Source: the human T2T-CHM13v2.0 reference genome, Homo sapiens | Length of the DNA stretch: 64,000 bases | Assembly (NCBI RefSeq): GCF_009914755.1 | Contig: NC_060946.1 | Reading direction: 5' to 3' (one strand) | Shown: positions 43,976 to 64,000 of the stretch, piece after piece | Layout: each line of letters opens with the position of its first letter | Numbering within the stretch: the stretch's first letter is position 1 | Program-made: the position numbers and the translations under genes | Notes under the pieces: model-generated | Told to the model about the DNA's origin: nothing | Seen by the model: the letters and a program-made list of their open reading frames with translations, nothing else | Databases searched by the model: none

Positions 43976-45011
43976 TTAGCTTTTGTACTAGGCCCAACTT
44001 AATTATTAGGGTTGGACTCAGTTCTTCAAGCTGTCTTCTACAAGGCCTCCCCAGAGTCCCCACTGTCCTCTGTCCTAGGATCTCTCTCTCTCTGAAGTTC
44101 CTTTCTGCCCACCACTATGTCTGTGACATCTTTTTCTCCTGAACATGTCTCCCACCCACCCCTCCTCTCCCTGCAGAGAGCCGACCCCTCCTCTCCTGCC
44201 CTCTTCCCTTCCCAAAGCTGCCCTCATGGAATCCACCTTCATAACTCTTTGCCGAAGTCCGTTATCCAATCTGCAAAACGAAATGAGAGGAGCCAGGGAC
44301 AAAGACAGTTGGGCAGAGCCAGGCAGAGAAGAACAGGCAGGTTCATAAGTGTAAAATATTGACAAACCTGCCATCATCCATTCCCTCAGACAAATAGATC
44401 ATCACCAAATGGGCTGCAGACGAGCAAAGAGACAAATTACCCAGCTGTGGCAGTGTCACCTGCTCCTTATTAATGGGCTTTTATGCTCAGACCCAACTGC
44501 TGTCTGAGAACTGTACCCTTCAGTTCTTATGGGACCCCAAACAGGAGGGAAAGGGACAAGAAAGCTTTTATGTCTCACCTGGGGCAAGAGCCACAGAGCT
44601 AAGTCCCAGCCTTTCTGGACTATGCATCATATACAGATATGAATCATGTGCCTTTGACAGAGTGCCACATAAAAACATTAACAGGCCAGGCGAGGTGGCT
44701 CACGCCTGTAATCCCAGCACTTTGGGAGGCTAAGGCAGGTGGATCACTTGAGGTCAGCAGTTCAAGACCAGCCTGACTAACATGGTGAAACTCCATCTCT
44801 ACTAAAAATACAAAAATTAGCCAGGTGTGGTGGTGTGCGCCCGTAATCCCAGCTACTCAGGAGGCTGAGGCAGGAGAATCGCTTGAACCCAGGAGGCAGA
44901 GGTTGCAGTGAGCCGAGATGGAGGCAGAGGTTGCAGTGAGCCGAGATCATGCCACTGTACTCCAGCCTGGGCAACAGAGCGAGACTCTGACTCAAAAAAA
45001 AAATGAACAAA

Positions 45012-45318
<307 letters not shown>

Positions 45319-45443
45319 GAACAAAAAGTTCCACTCCGCGTATAGATTATAAATAATACAAATGCTAGGGGAAAAAATTAACCTGTTAAGTATAGAACAA
45401 TTTCAAAGCTGGTGGAGTGGATTATAAACTGTGTTTATGCTAT

Positions 45444-45461
45444 TGCCACAAGGTGGCGCCA
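45444..45461 (+). promoter_or_regulatory. CTCF core motif
   Basis: TGCCACAAGGTGGCGCCA matches CCASYAGRKGGCRS with one mismatch, in otherwise AT-rich non-Alu DNA. Confidence 0.7.
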
Positions 45462-45782
45462 CTTTAGCAAGGAAGCAAATGCCCACATCCTGTCATTACT
45501 GAGCAAATCACACGGTTGTTGACGTGCTTGGGACACTAGCAATTGTTTTTTTGTGCTATTATTTGGCCAGACACTGTTATTATAAACCACTTTAAAAGGC
45601 TATAACAAGACTGGGCGCGGTGGCTCATGCCTGTAATCCCAGCACTTTGGGAGGCCAAGAGAGGCGGATCACAAGGTCAGGAGTTCGAGACCAGCCTGGC
45701 CAACATGGTGAAACCTGGTCTCTACTAAAAATACAAAAATTAGCTGGGTGTGGTGGCACATGCCTGTAATCCTAGCTACTCA

Positions 45783-45881
<99 letters not shown>

Positions 45882-46267
45882 CTATCTCAGAAAAAACAAA
45901 AACAAACAAATAAGAAAAAGGATACAACAACATCATTCAAGCATTCCTGAAGGAGAGGGGCTAGTGCTGAAAAGCATGTCCTCAAATCAACACCTTTGGA
46001 GTGGATATTGGACATGATGAGACACCATGAAGAAGACCAAACCACCTCCATGACAGGTGGTGCTGTTAATTTAGGAGACTGCCCGCAGGTACAGATAATG
46101 CTGCAAAGATACAAAGCAGGATCAAAAGCAAAAATGTGGTCAGATGGTTGTGCAGATTTATGAGTTATGTGAGTGCATTTCATCTCCTACTCGTATTCTT
46201 GGAACACAAAGTTTTGAATCATGTTAAGTTTACAGCATGGCATCCTTCTTGTAAAATATGACATTTA

Positions 46268-46826
<559 letters not shown>

Positions 46827-46844
46827 ACTGGGTGCAATGGCTCA

Positions 46845-47237
<393 letters not shown>

Positions 47238-47267
47238 TCAAGAAAAAAAAAAAAGAGCATTCAGTAA

Positions 47268-47548
<281 letters not shown>

Positions 47549-47785
47549 TAATCCCAGCACTTTGGGAGGTGGAGGCAGGCAGATCACTTGAGGTCAGGAG
47601 TTTGAGACCATCCTGGCCAACATGGTGAAATCCAGTGTCTACTAAAAATACAAAATTAGCCAGGCGTGGTGGTGCACGCTTGTAGTCCCAGCTACTTGGG
47701 AGGCTGAGGCAGGAGAATCACTTCAAACCAGGAGGCAGAGGTTGCAGCAAGCCGAGATCATGCCACTGCACTCCAGCCTGGGTGA

Positions 47786-48175
<390 letters not shown>

Positions 48176-48308
48176 TAGTAGAGACGGGGTTTCACTGTGT
48201 TAGCCAGGATGGTCTTGATCTCCTGACCTCGTGATCCACCCGCCTGGGCCTCCCAAAGTGCTGGGATTACAGGCGTGAGCCACCGCGCCCGGCTGTTGTT
48301 GTTGTTGA

Positions 48309-48596
<288 letters not shown>

Positions 48597-49593
48597 TAGT
48601 AGAGACGGGGTTTTGCCATATTGCCCAGGCTCGTCTCAAACTGCTGGGCTCAAGTAATCCTCCCTCCTTGGCCTCCCAAAGTGCTGGGATTACAGGGGAG
48701 CCACTGTGCCTTGCCCCCATTTCTTATTCTCTCCTTTTTAAGTGATGATGGAACGAAGGCCAGGAAATGGTAAAAAATCTTTTTGAGGTAACACAGCACC
48801 TTGGACATAGGAGGTGCTTGATAATTTTTTTTTTTTTTTTTTAGACGGAGTTTCACTCGTTGCCCAGGCTGGAGTGCAATGGTGTGATCTCGGCTCACTG
48901 CAACCTCTGACTCCCAGGTTCAAGAGATTTTCCTGCCTCAGCCTCCCTAGTAGCTGGGATTACAGGCACATGCCACCACGCCCGGCTAATTTTGTGTTTT
49001 TAATAGAGACGGGGTTTCTCCATGTTGGTCAGGCTGGTCTTGAACTCCCGACCTGAGGTGATCCACCCCAGTCTCCCAAAATGCTGGGATTACAGGCATG
49101 AGCCACCGCGCCCGGCCGATAAATATTAATTATGGTTTACGAGGGGTTTTAAACTTGTCATAGCATTTATTATTACAGTATTACCATTTTTACAAACGGG
49201 GTAACTGAAACTCAGAGAAGTTAAATTGCCCAAGGTCACAGAGAAATAGAAATTCTACCTCAGGCCTGTCTGCCTCCACCATCAACTGACATCCTAGAGA
49301 AATTCAAATCTCTGCAATCTGGCCTGAAGAGAACAGAGGACACGAGGAGTACTACTTATTTCCAAAAGTGTTCTAGGTCCAGATAGGAGTTATTACCTGC
49401 AGCCTGCTTTCATTCAGCTTCAGTACCCCAGTGTGGTGCCTTGGCTGAGCCTCTGACCATGCAAGGTCATCTGGGTCAGGTGATGTTTAATGAGTCGGGT
49501 TACCTCACTGAGCCTCAGACTGCAAGATAGGCAAGAACCTCTTAGTTTGCTTATTGCTATCTCAGCTGGTGCAGCTTACAAAAATGCATCTAG

Positions 49594-49981
<388 letters not shown>

Positions 49982-50520
49982 TAAAAAGTGTCAAGGCTGG
50001 CCGGACACGGTGACTCATGCCTGTAATCCCAACACTTTGGGAGGCCGAGGCAGGTGGATTAATTGAGCCCAGGAGTTCAAGACCACATTGAGCAACATGG
50101 CAAAACCCTTCTCTACTGAAAATACAAAAATTAGCTGGGTGTGGTGGCACACGCCTGTAGTCCCAGCTACAAGGGAGGGCTGAGGCACAAGAATCCTTGA
50201 ATCCAGGGAGGTGGAGCTGGCAGTGAGTAGCTGAGACTACATCCATGCACCGCCATGCCCAGCTAATTTATATTTTTAGTAGAGATGAGGTTTTGTCACA
50301 TTGGCCAGGCTCTTCATCAACTCCTGAGTTCAGGCAATCCACCCACCTTGACCTCCCAAAGTGTTAAGAGTTACAGGCATGAGCCAGGCACCAGGCCTCA
50401 ATGTTAATTTCTTGATTTTGATCATTGTATTACGATTAACTAAAATGTTAACATTAGAGGATGCTAAGTGAAGGATATAGAGAAACTCTACTATTTTTGC
50501 AGGTTTTAAGTCCAATATTA

Positions 50521-51088
<568 letters not shown>

Positions 51089-51598
51089 TTACCAGCAGGA
51101 AGGAAACTTGATTACTTGAGTTACAATGTGTGTAAGAGAAAAAAACTTAAAATTTACATCCATACATAAAGTCCTGTACATTTCTTAGAAAATTATATTA
51201 TAAAATATTTAGTGACGGGTGAGGATATTAATGAATGAAAAATTAACAAATGGCCAGGCGTGGTGGCTCACGCCTGTAATCCCAGCACTTTGGGAGGCCA
51301 AGGTGGGTGAATCACAAGGTCCTGAGTTCAAGACCAACCAGGCCAAGATGGTGAAACCCCGTCTCTACTAAAACACAAAAATTAGCCGGGCGTGGTGGCG
51401 GGCACCTATAATCTCAGCTACTCGGGAGGCTGAGGCAGAGAACTGCTTGAACCCAGGAGGAGGAGATTGCAGTGAGCCAAGATTGCGCCACTGCACTCCA
51501 GCCCAGCTAAGACTCCGTCTCAAAAAAAATAAAATTAACAAATCATAAAACAATAAGTAGTATGCGATAGCAGTGGGTCAGTGGATTATGCGAGTTAA

Positions 51599-51778
<180 letters not shown>

Positions 51779-52448
51779 TAAGACACAGGTTCTCACCATG
51801 TTGGTCAGGCTGCTCTCAAACTCCCGATCTGGTGATCCACCCGCCTCCGCCTCTCAAAATACTGGGATTACAGGAGTGAGCCACTGCGCTCAGCCCCAAC
51901 AGTTGTTTTTCTTGGTCGGGCGAGGTGAGCTGGGTGACTCATACCTGTAACCCCAGCACTTTCGAATGCCAAGCTGGGAGGATCGCTTGAGGCCAGGAGT
52001 TTGAGACCAGCCTGGGCAACATAGCAAGATCCTTGTCTCTACAAAAAATTTTTTAAAAATTAGCATGGCATGGTGGTGCCTTTAGCCCCCGCTAATTGGG
52101 AGGCTGAGGTGCAAGGATCTCTTGACCCTAGGAACTCAGAGCCACAATTAGCTATGATCGTGTCACAGCAGCACTCCAGCTTGGGTGAGAGTGAGTTCCC
52201 ATTTCTTTACCAAAAAATGTTTTTCTTTCTGGCTGCTTTCTATTGCTGTGCAATAAATTGCTATACATTTAGTGGCTTAAAGTAACATACAGGCCAAGCA
52301 CAGTGGCTCGCATCTGTAATTCCACCACTTTGGGAGGCTGAGACAGAAAAATGGCTTGAACCCCGGAGACCAGCCTGGGCAACATCACAAAACTGTCTCT
52401 ACCAAAAAAAAAAAATTAACGTTGCGTGACGGTGCATGCCTGTAGTCC

Positions 52449-53949
52449 TGTGTCCGGGATTGGTGGGTTCTCAGTCTCACTGACTTCAAGAATGAAGCCG
52501 AGGACCCTCATGTTGAGTGTCACAGTTCTTAAAGGCGACGTGTCCAAAGTTTGTTCCTTCTAATGTTCTGATGTGTTCCGCGTTTCTTCCTTCTGGTGGG
52601 TTCATGGTCACCGGCTCAGAAGTGAAACTCCACACTTCCGCAGTGACTGTTACAGCTCTTAAGGCGGCGCTTCTGGAGTTGTTCCTTTCTCCCGGTGGGT
52701 TCGTAGTCTCGCTGGCTTCAGGACTTAAGCTGCAGACCTTTGCAGGTAATATTACAGCTCATAAAAGCACTGTGGACCCAAACAAGGAGCAAACAAACAA
52801 AGCTCCCACAATATATGAAACAAGCTGCACAGGTTATCACTGCTAGCACCGGCAGCCTGCTTTTATTTTCTTATCTGGCCCCACCCACATCCTGCTGATT
52901 GGTCCATTTTACAGACAGCCGATTGGTCTGTTTTACAGAGAGCTGATTGGTCCATTTTGACAGGGTGCTGATTGGTGCGTTTACAATCCCTGAGCTAGAC
53001 ACGAAAGTTCTCCACCTCCCCACTAGATTAGCTAGATACAGAGTGTCTATTGGTGTATTTACAAACCCTGAGCTAGACATAGAGGGATGATTGGTGCATT
53101 TACAAACCTTGAGCTAGATACAGAGTGCCGATTTGTGCATTCCCCTTAGCTAGACATAAAGATTCTCCAAGTCCCCACCAGACTAGCTAGATAACAGAGT
53201 ATGGAGTGGTGCATTCACAAACCCTGAGCTGGACACAGAGTGCTGATTGGTGTGCTTACAAACCTTGAGCTAGATACAGAGTGCTGATTGGTGTATTTAC
53301 AATCCCTTGGCTAGACATAAAGGTTCTCCAAGTCCCCACCAGACTCAGGAGCCCAGCTGGCTTCACCCAGTGGATTCTGCACCGTGGCCGCAGATGGGGC
53401 TGCCTGCCAGTCCCCCGCCATGCGCCTGCACTCCTCAGCCGTCGGACGGTCGATGGGACTGGGCGCCCTGGAGCAGGGAGCGGCGCTCGTCGGGGAGGCT
53501 CCGGCTGCGCAGGAGCCCACGGCGGTGGCAGAGAGGTTCAGGCATGGCGGGCTGCAGGTCCCAAGCCCTTCTCCGCGGAGGGGCAGCTAAGACCGGCGAG
53601 AAATCGAGCACAGCAGCTGGTGGCCCAGGTGCTAAGCCCCTCACTGCCCGGGGCTTGCCGGCGGGCCGGCCGCTCTAAGTGCGGGGCCCGCTGAGCCCAC
53701 GCCCACCCGCAATTCGCGCTGGCCCGCAAGCGCCGCGCGCAGCCCCAGTTCTTGCCCGTGCCTCTCCCTCTACACCTCCCCGCAAGCTGAGGGAGCCGGT
53801 TCCGGCCGTGGCCAGCCCAGAAAGGGACTCCCACAGTGCAGCGGCGGGCTGAAGGGCTCCTCAAGCGCGGCCAGAGTGGGTGCCAAGGCCGAGGAGGCAC
53901 CGAGAGCGAGCGAGGGCTGCGAGGGCTGCCAGCATGACCTCACCTCTCA
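52449..53949 (-). mobile_element. LTR12-family (ERV9; C/D/E-like) solo LTR, 1501 bp, inserted inside an Alu
   Basis: The - strand starts TGAGAGGTGA..GCTGGCAGCCCTCGC and ends CCGGACACA. Tandem ATTGG/CCAAT-containing repeats span 52898-53295. 4-bp TSD GTCC at 52445-52448 and 53950-53953. The Alu sequence TGTAGTCC|CAGCTAC resumes after the LTR. Confidence 0.92.
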
Positions 53950-54096
53950 GTCCCAGCTACGCGGGAGGCTGAGGCGGAGGGATCACTTGATCCAGTGAAG
54001 GTCTAGGCTGAGCCATGATCTTGCCACTGCACTGCAGCCTGGGCGACAGAGCGAGACCTTGTCTCAGAAACAAACAAAAATCTCTGCTCTAGAGCA

Positions 54097-54304
54097 CAGT
54101 TTCTTTATCTTGGCACTATTGACACTTTTACCTGGATAATTCTTTATTGTGGGGAGTTGTCCTGCGCATTGTGGAATGTTGAACGCCATCATTGGCTTTT
54201 ACCCTTAGAGGCCAGGAACATCCCCCAGTTGTGACAACCAAAAAAGTCTCCAGACATTGCCAAATGTCCCCTGTAGGGCAGGGACCACTATCTGAGAAAC
54301 ACTG
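54097..54304. mobile_element. MER20 hAT-Charlie DNA transposon
   Basis: GGCACTATTGACA...GGATAATTCTTTATTGTGGGG...CCCCCAGTTGTGACAACCAAAAAAGTCTCCAGACATTGCCAAATGTCCCCT. Confidence 0.8.
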
Positions 54305-54399
54305 ATCTGGAAGAGCAAAGTGTAAATCAGGAGAGATATGGATGAAACCACTCCTAGATGCAAATTGCAGCTCTACCAATCATGGCTGTGGGTAAATTA

Positions 54400-54896
<497 letters not shown>

Positions 54897-55050
54897 TTAT
54901 GACCGTCACTCATTCATTCAACAGATATTTATTAACTGGGGTCTGTGTGCCAGATCATAATAAGCTCTATCTGAATTCCCCCTCAGACCCTTATCTGGTG
55001 CATATAATTATCATCTGTGTTTATTTATTTATTATTATTTTTTGTTTTGA

Positions 55051-55551
<501 letters not shown>

Positions 55552-55853
55552 TAGCCAGGATGGTCTCGATCTCCTGACCTCATGATCCGCCCGCCTCTGC
55601 CTCCCAAAGTGCTGGGATTACAGGCGTGAGCCACCGCGCCCGGCCCGTATTTATTCTTTATGAATGGCATTTTTTGGGGAGCTGGGGGTCTCACTCTGTC
55701 ACCCAGGCTGGTATGCAATAACACCATCATGGCTCATGTGGACTCCAACTCCTGGTCTGGTGTGACCATCCCGCCTCAGCCCCACTGAGTAGCTGAGACT
55801 GCAGGCACACTCCACCACACAGGCTAATTTTTTTTTCTTTTTTTTTGAGATGA

Positions 55854-56338
<485 letters not shown>

Positions 56339-56493
56339 TGACCTCCCTTCTGGGATTCAAACCCATATGTCCAGCTGGATGTCCTCCCAGGAACATTAAA
56401 TTTGGCATTTGGGGCCAATTAGCCCAGTGCCTAGCACCTGGCAAGTCTTTTCATAAAAATGAGCTATTACCAATCATCAGTGTCGCTTTTTAG

Positions 56494-56760
<267 letters not shown>

Positions 56761-57419
56761 TAGCCAGGATGGTCTCGATCTCCTGACCTTGTGATCTGCC
56801 TGCCTCCCAAAGTGCTGGGATTACAGGCGTGAGCCACTGGGCCCGGCCCGGTGTCACGTATTTTTATCAGCAGCCATTTGTTGTCCCTGTGGGGAGCCCA
56901 GAAAACCCAGCCCGGTTCTCCCACCTGCGGGGAAGAAATGAAGCAATGATAATGAAGACACTCCCATGCCAAGCCCATACTGCCCTGAGCAATCAGTTTT
57001 GGTGGGGAGAATTTGCTAGCAGAAGGCAGGACATAAAGTCCCCACAGCAGCCTCACTGGGTGTGGCAGCAAATCATTCCTGAGGCCTGGCCGGTGCTACC
57101 AGGCACAGCAGGGGTCCGTGCAGAAGAACTAGATTTATTCCATTAATATACCGTTACAGCAACAATGTCTGCTGAGTACTCCGGAACTGTAATTCACATT
57201 TCCTGAGGCTGTAGTAGGGAGAATTTGGAAGCAGGGCAGCACAGTGCTAACCAGCAGGCTCTGGGTGGGACAGACCTGGGTTTGAGTCCTAGCTTTGCCT
57301 TTCACTATCTGCATTATAGTCAGCGAGTGGCTCTATCATATCTCTCAGTATCTTCACCTGTGGAGTTGGGGGGGTGATGCTAATGTTAGCTAACATTTAT
57401 GGGGTGATTATTGTTGTTA

Positions 57420-57874
<455 letters not shown>

Positions 57875-58055
57875 TCAAAAATGGGCATCATAGAGTATAA
57901 AATAAAGAATGCTTTCATTTTCAACCCAAATTCAGCAATTTCATAGGATGCCAGGCTCAGCTCTAAAGCCTTATATGTATTCAGTGCGCTGAAATTCAAC
58001 AACCTCACGAGGTAGGTATAACCAATAATAATTCTAGGCGGGGCGTGGTGGCTCA

Positions 58056-58435
<380 letters not shown>

Positions 58436-59263
58436 TCATAGGGGTCGGTATATGTGATTAACTGCCAAAGAAGAATATTCGCCGTGTGTCCGAAACGCAG
58501 TCCCCTGGGGCGCCACACTCGGAGCCTACTTGAACCGAAGAGTCCCTCCCTGGGCCAACGAAGGACCCAATTCCCCTCGCCCCGGATCCAGCCTCTAAGT
58601 GGTTTCCCGGGTAAGGTCAGCAGAGGTCCGCCGCCTCAACCAGTCTTGTTAGAGTAGGCACAAAAGCATTCAGAGTGACTGCCACTGTAGCCACTCAACG
58701 CCGAGCCTAGGCCTGCTTTTTTTGCAGTTAGAGTGAAACTTTCCATTGGTGGAGTCACCCCAAAGGAGGCGGGACGGAGCGGGAAAGTCCTGCCTACCTT
58801 GGCCTTCCCAGCCAATCGCAGCATCTATGCGTCAGCCTCCGGTTCGGTTGCGCTGCGCGTAGTGGTCTGGGCGACCTGAGGGCGGGGCCGGGAGCAGGCC
58901 CCGGGCTGTGGGGAGGGTGCGCTTCCCGCGGGCGCGCGGAGTGAGGACGGTGACAGCCACGCGCGCGCGTACGCGCCCGATGCAGCGCGGCCCCGTGACC
59001 CTAGTCGGCCGCTGAGAGGCGCGCGGAGTCTGGGCCGCTGCCGTCTAGGGGTCCCGTCCCGAGGCGTCCCCGGCATCTCCGGCCCGAATCCCGGAGTGCC
59101 GGGTCGCGCCTGCACCGAAGGTCCCGGCTCCTGTGCCCTCCCTGCAGCCGTCAGGGACCGTCCCCCAACTCCCCTTTCCGCTCAGGCAGGGTCCTCGCGG
59201 CCCATGCTGGCCGCTGGGGACCCGCGCAGCCCAGACCGTTCCCGGGCCGGCCAGCCGGCCACC

Positions 59264-59504
<241 letters not shown>

Positions 59505-60148
59505 TGACAGTCGAGGTGGAAGCTCGAGAGGTTCTCTTTATATCATCTTATGGGTGTAGCTAGAGACGGGCAGAACCGGAAGGGCCAACTAGGCCCAAAA
59601 CCTCATGTTAAAGATGATTGCTGCTTTTTTTCATAGGACTTTTGGGTTTTGGCATTTCCTGAAGGTTATTTTCATTCATTGTTATTGGAAGAAGCTGGAT
59701 GCTCCTGTGATAGAAAATTCAGGATTTCAGTGTCAGGCTTAAGTTAGGCTTACGCTTAAAAGCTTGAAAGTTTATTCTTTCATTAGGTAATATTGTTATG
59801 TACCCAGGTATTAGAAGTTGCGTCTTGTTTATTGGAAAGCCAATACTTGTTTCCCTTTTCTAAAGCTTGCATATTCTGGGAAAAAAAACCCTTTGAAGAA
59901 CGATATAACATCTCATACTTACTTTCCACATAGTTTCCAACATGATGATAACAGCTATCAATTGTTCAGTATTTTCAAAGTGCTAGACATTTGCACATTT
60001 AATCCTCAGAACAAACCCATTTATCTAGTAAATGGCAAGGTGGGGTTTTGAACCAAGCTCACAGCCCGTACAGTACTGCTTCTCAAGTAATTTAAGTTCT
60101 TGCTGCTAAAAGTGTGGTTTGTGGACCAGCAGCATTGGCAGCAGTAAG

Positions 60149-60278
60149 CAAGGGTTGGCATGCTTTTTCTGTACAGGACCACATAGTAAATATTTTCAAC
60201 TTTGTAGACTAGAGAATCTCTGTTGGAGTTATTCAACTCTTCAACTCTACCATTGTAACACAAAAGCAGCCTTAGATA
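60149..60278. mobile_element. MER58A-like DNA transposon fragment
   Basis: GGGTTGGCA..TTTTTCTGTACAGGACCACATAGTAAATATTTT...CAACTCTACCATTGTAACACAAAAGCAGCC. Confidence 0.65.
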
Positions 60279-60974
60279 AGATCAGCTTCCAGCATGACAG
60301 CTTAAGGAACCCATTCCTCTGTAAAACTGGTGAAAATTCTTTTTTGTTTTGTTTCGTTTTGAGACAGAATCTCACTCTGTCACCGAGGCTGGCATGCAGT
60401 AGTGTGATCATGGCTTACTGCAACCCTGACCAACCTCCCTGGCTCAATCAGTCCTCCTGCCTCAGCCTCTCGAGTAGCTGGGACCACAGGCGTGTGCCAC
60501 CACACCTGGCTAATTTTTTTTTTTTTTTTTTTTTGAGACGGAGTCTCGCTCTGTCACCCAGAGTGCACCGGGCTAGAGTGCAATGGCGCGATCTTGTCTC
60601 ACTGCCACCTCCACTTCCAGGTTCAAGTGATTCTCCTGCTTCAGCCTTCCAGGTAGCTGGGATTACAGGCGTGCGCCACCTCGTCTGGCTAATTTTTCTA
60701 TTTTTAGTAGAGACAGGGTTTCACCATATTGGGCAGGCTGATCTCGAACTCCTGACCTCGTGACCAGCCGACCTGGGCCTCCCAAAGTGGTGGGAAAGTG
60801 GTGCGATTACAGATGTGAGCCACCCCGCCCAGCCTCACCTAGCTAATTTTTGTAAAGACAGGGTTTTGCCATGTTGCCCAGGCTGATCTTGAACTCCTGA
60901 GCTCAAGCAATCCACTCGCCTTGGCCTCCCAAAGTGATGGGATTACAGATGCAGCCACCACGCCTGGCCCAAAA

Positions 60975-64000
<3,026 letters not shown>

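Noticed and set aside
52898-53340. Regularly spaced ~24-41 bp repeats superficially like a CRISPR or novel array
   Set aside because: They are the known tandem CCAAT-containing U3 repeats of LTR12, with no unique spacers.

Overview
Mammalian genomic DNA, by its content human and matching the THOC5-NIPSNAP1-NF2 locus of 22q12. It is extremely Alu-dense (roughly 100 Alu copies or fragments by eye). It contains three gene segments: (i) the 5' end of THOC5 on the minus strand (non-coding exon 1 at ~9031-9120, first coding exon 4412-4518); (ii) the complete 10-exon NIPSNAP1 gene on the minus strand (CDS 36445->11295; coding segments sum to 855 nt = 284 aa + stop; all introns GT-AG); (iii) the CpG-island promoter, 5'UTR and coding exon 1 of NF2 (merlin) on the plus strand (ATG at 59361). 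Four retroelements have target-site duplications (TSDs) readable in the sequence: a two-LTR THE1A element (350-3565), an SVA (7146-8618), an LTR8A-like solo LTR (37076-38091) and an LTR12/ERV9 solo LTR nested in an Alu (52449-53949). A human-specific AluYb8 lies at 45012-45318. Nearly all other ORFs in the track are Alu, SVA or LTR artefacts. I found no convincing wholly new gene system. The most interesting testable leads are regulatory: an in-frame NIPSNAP1 exon 9 -> THOC5 exon 2 read-through junction, uORF architectures in THOC5 and NF2, sense-oriented LTRs upstream of NIPSNAP1, and a strong CTCF motif between NIPSNAP1 and NF2.
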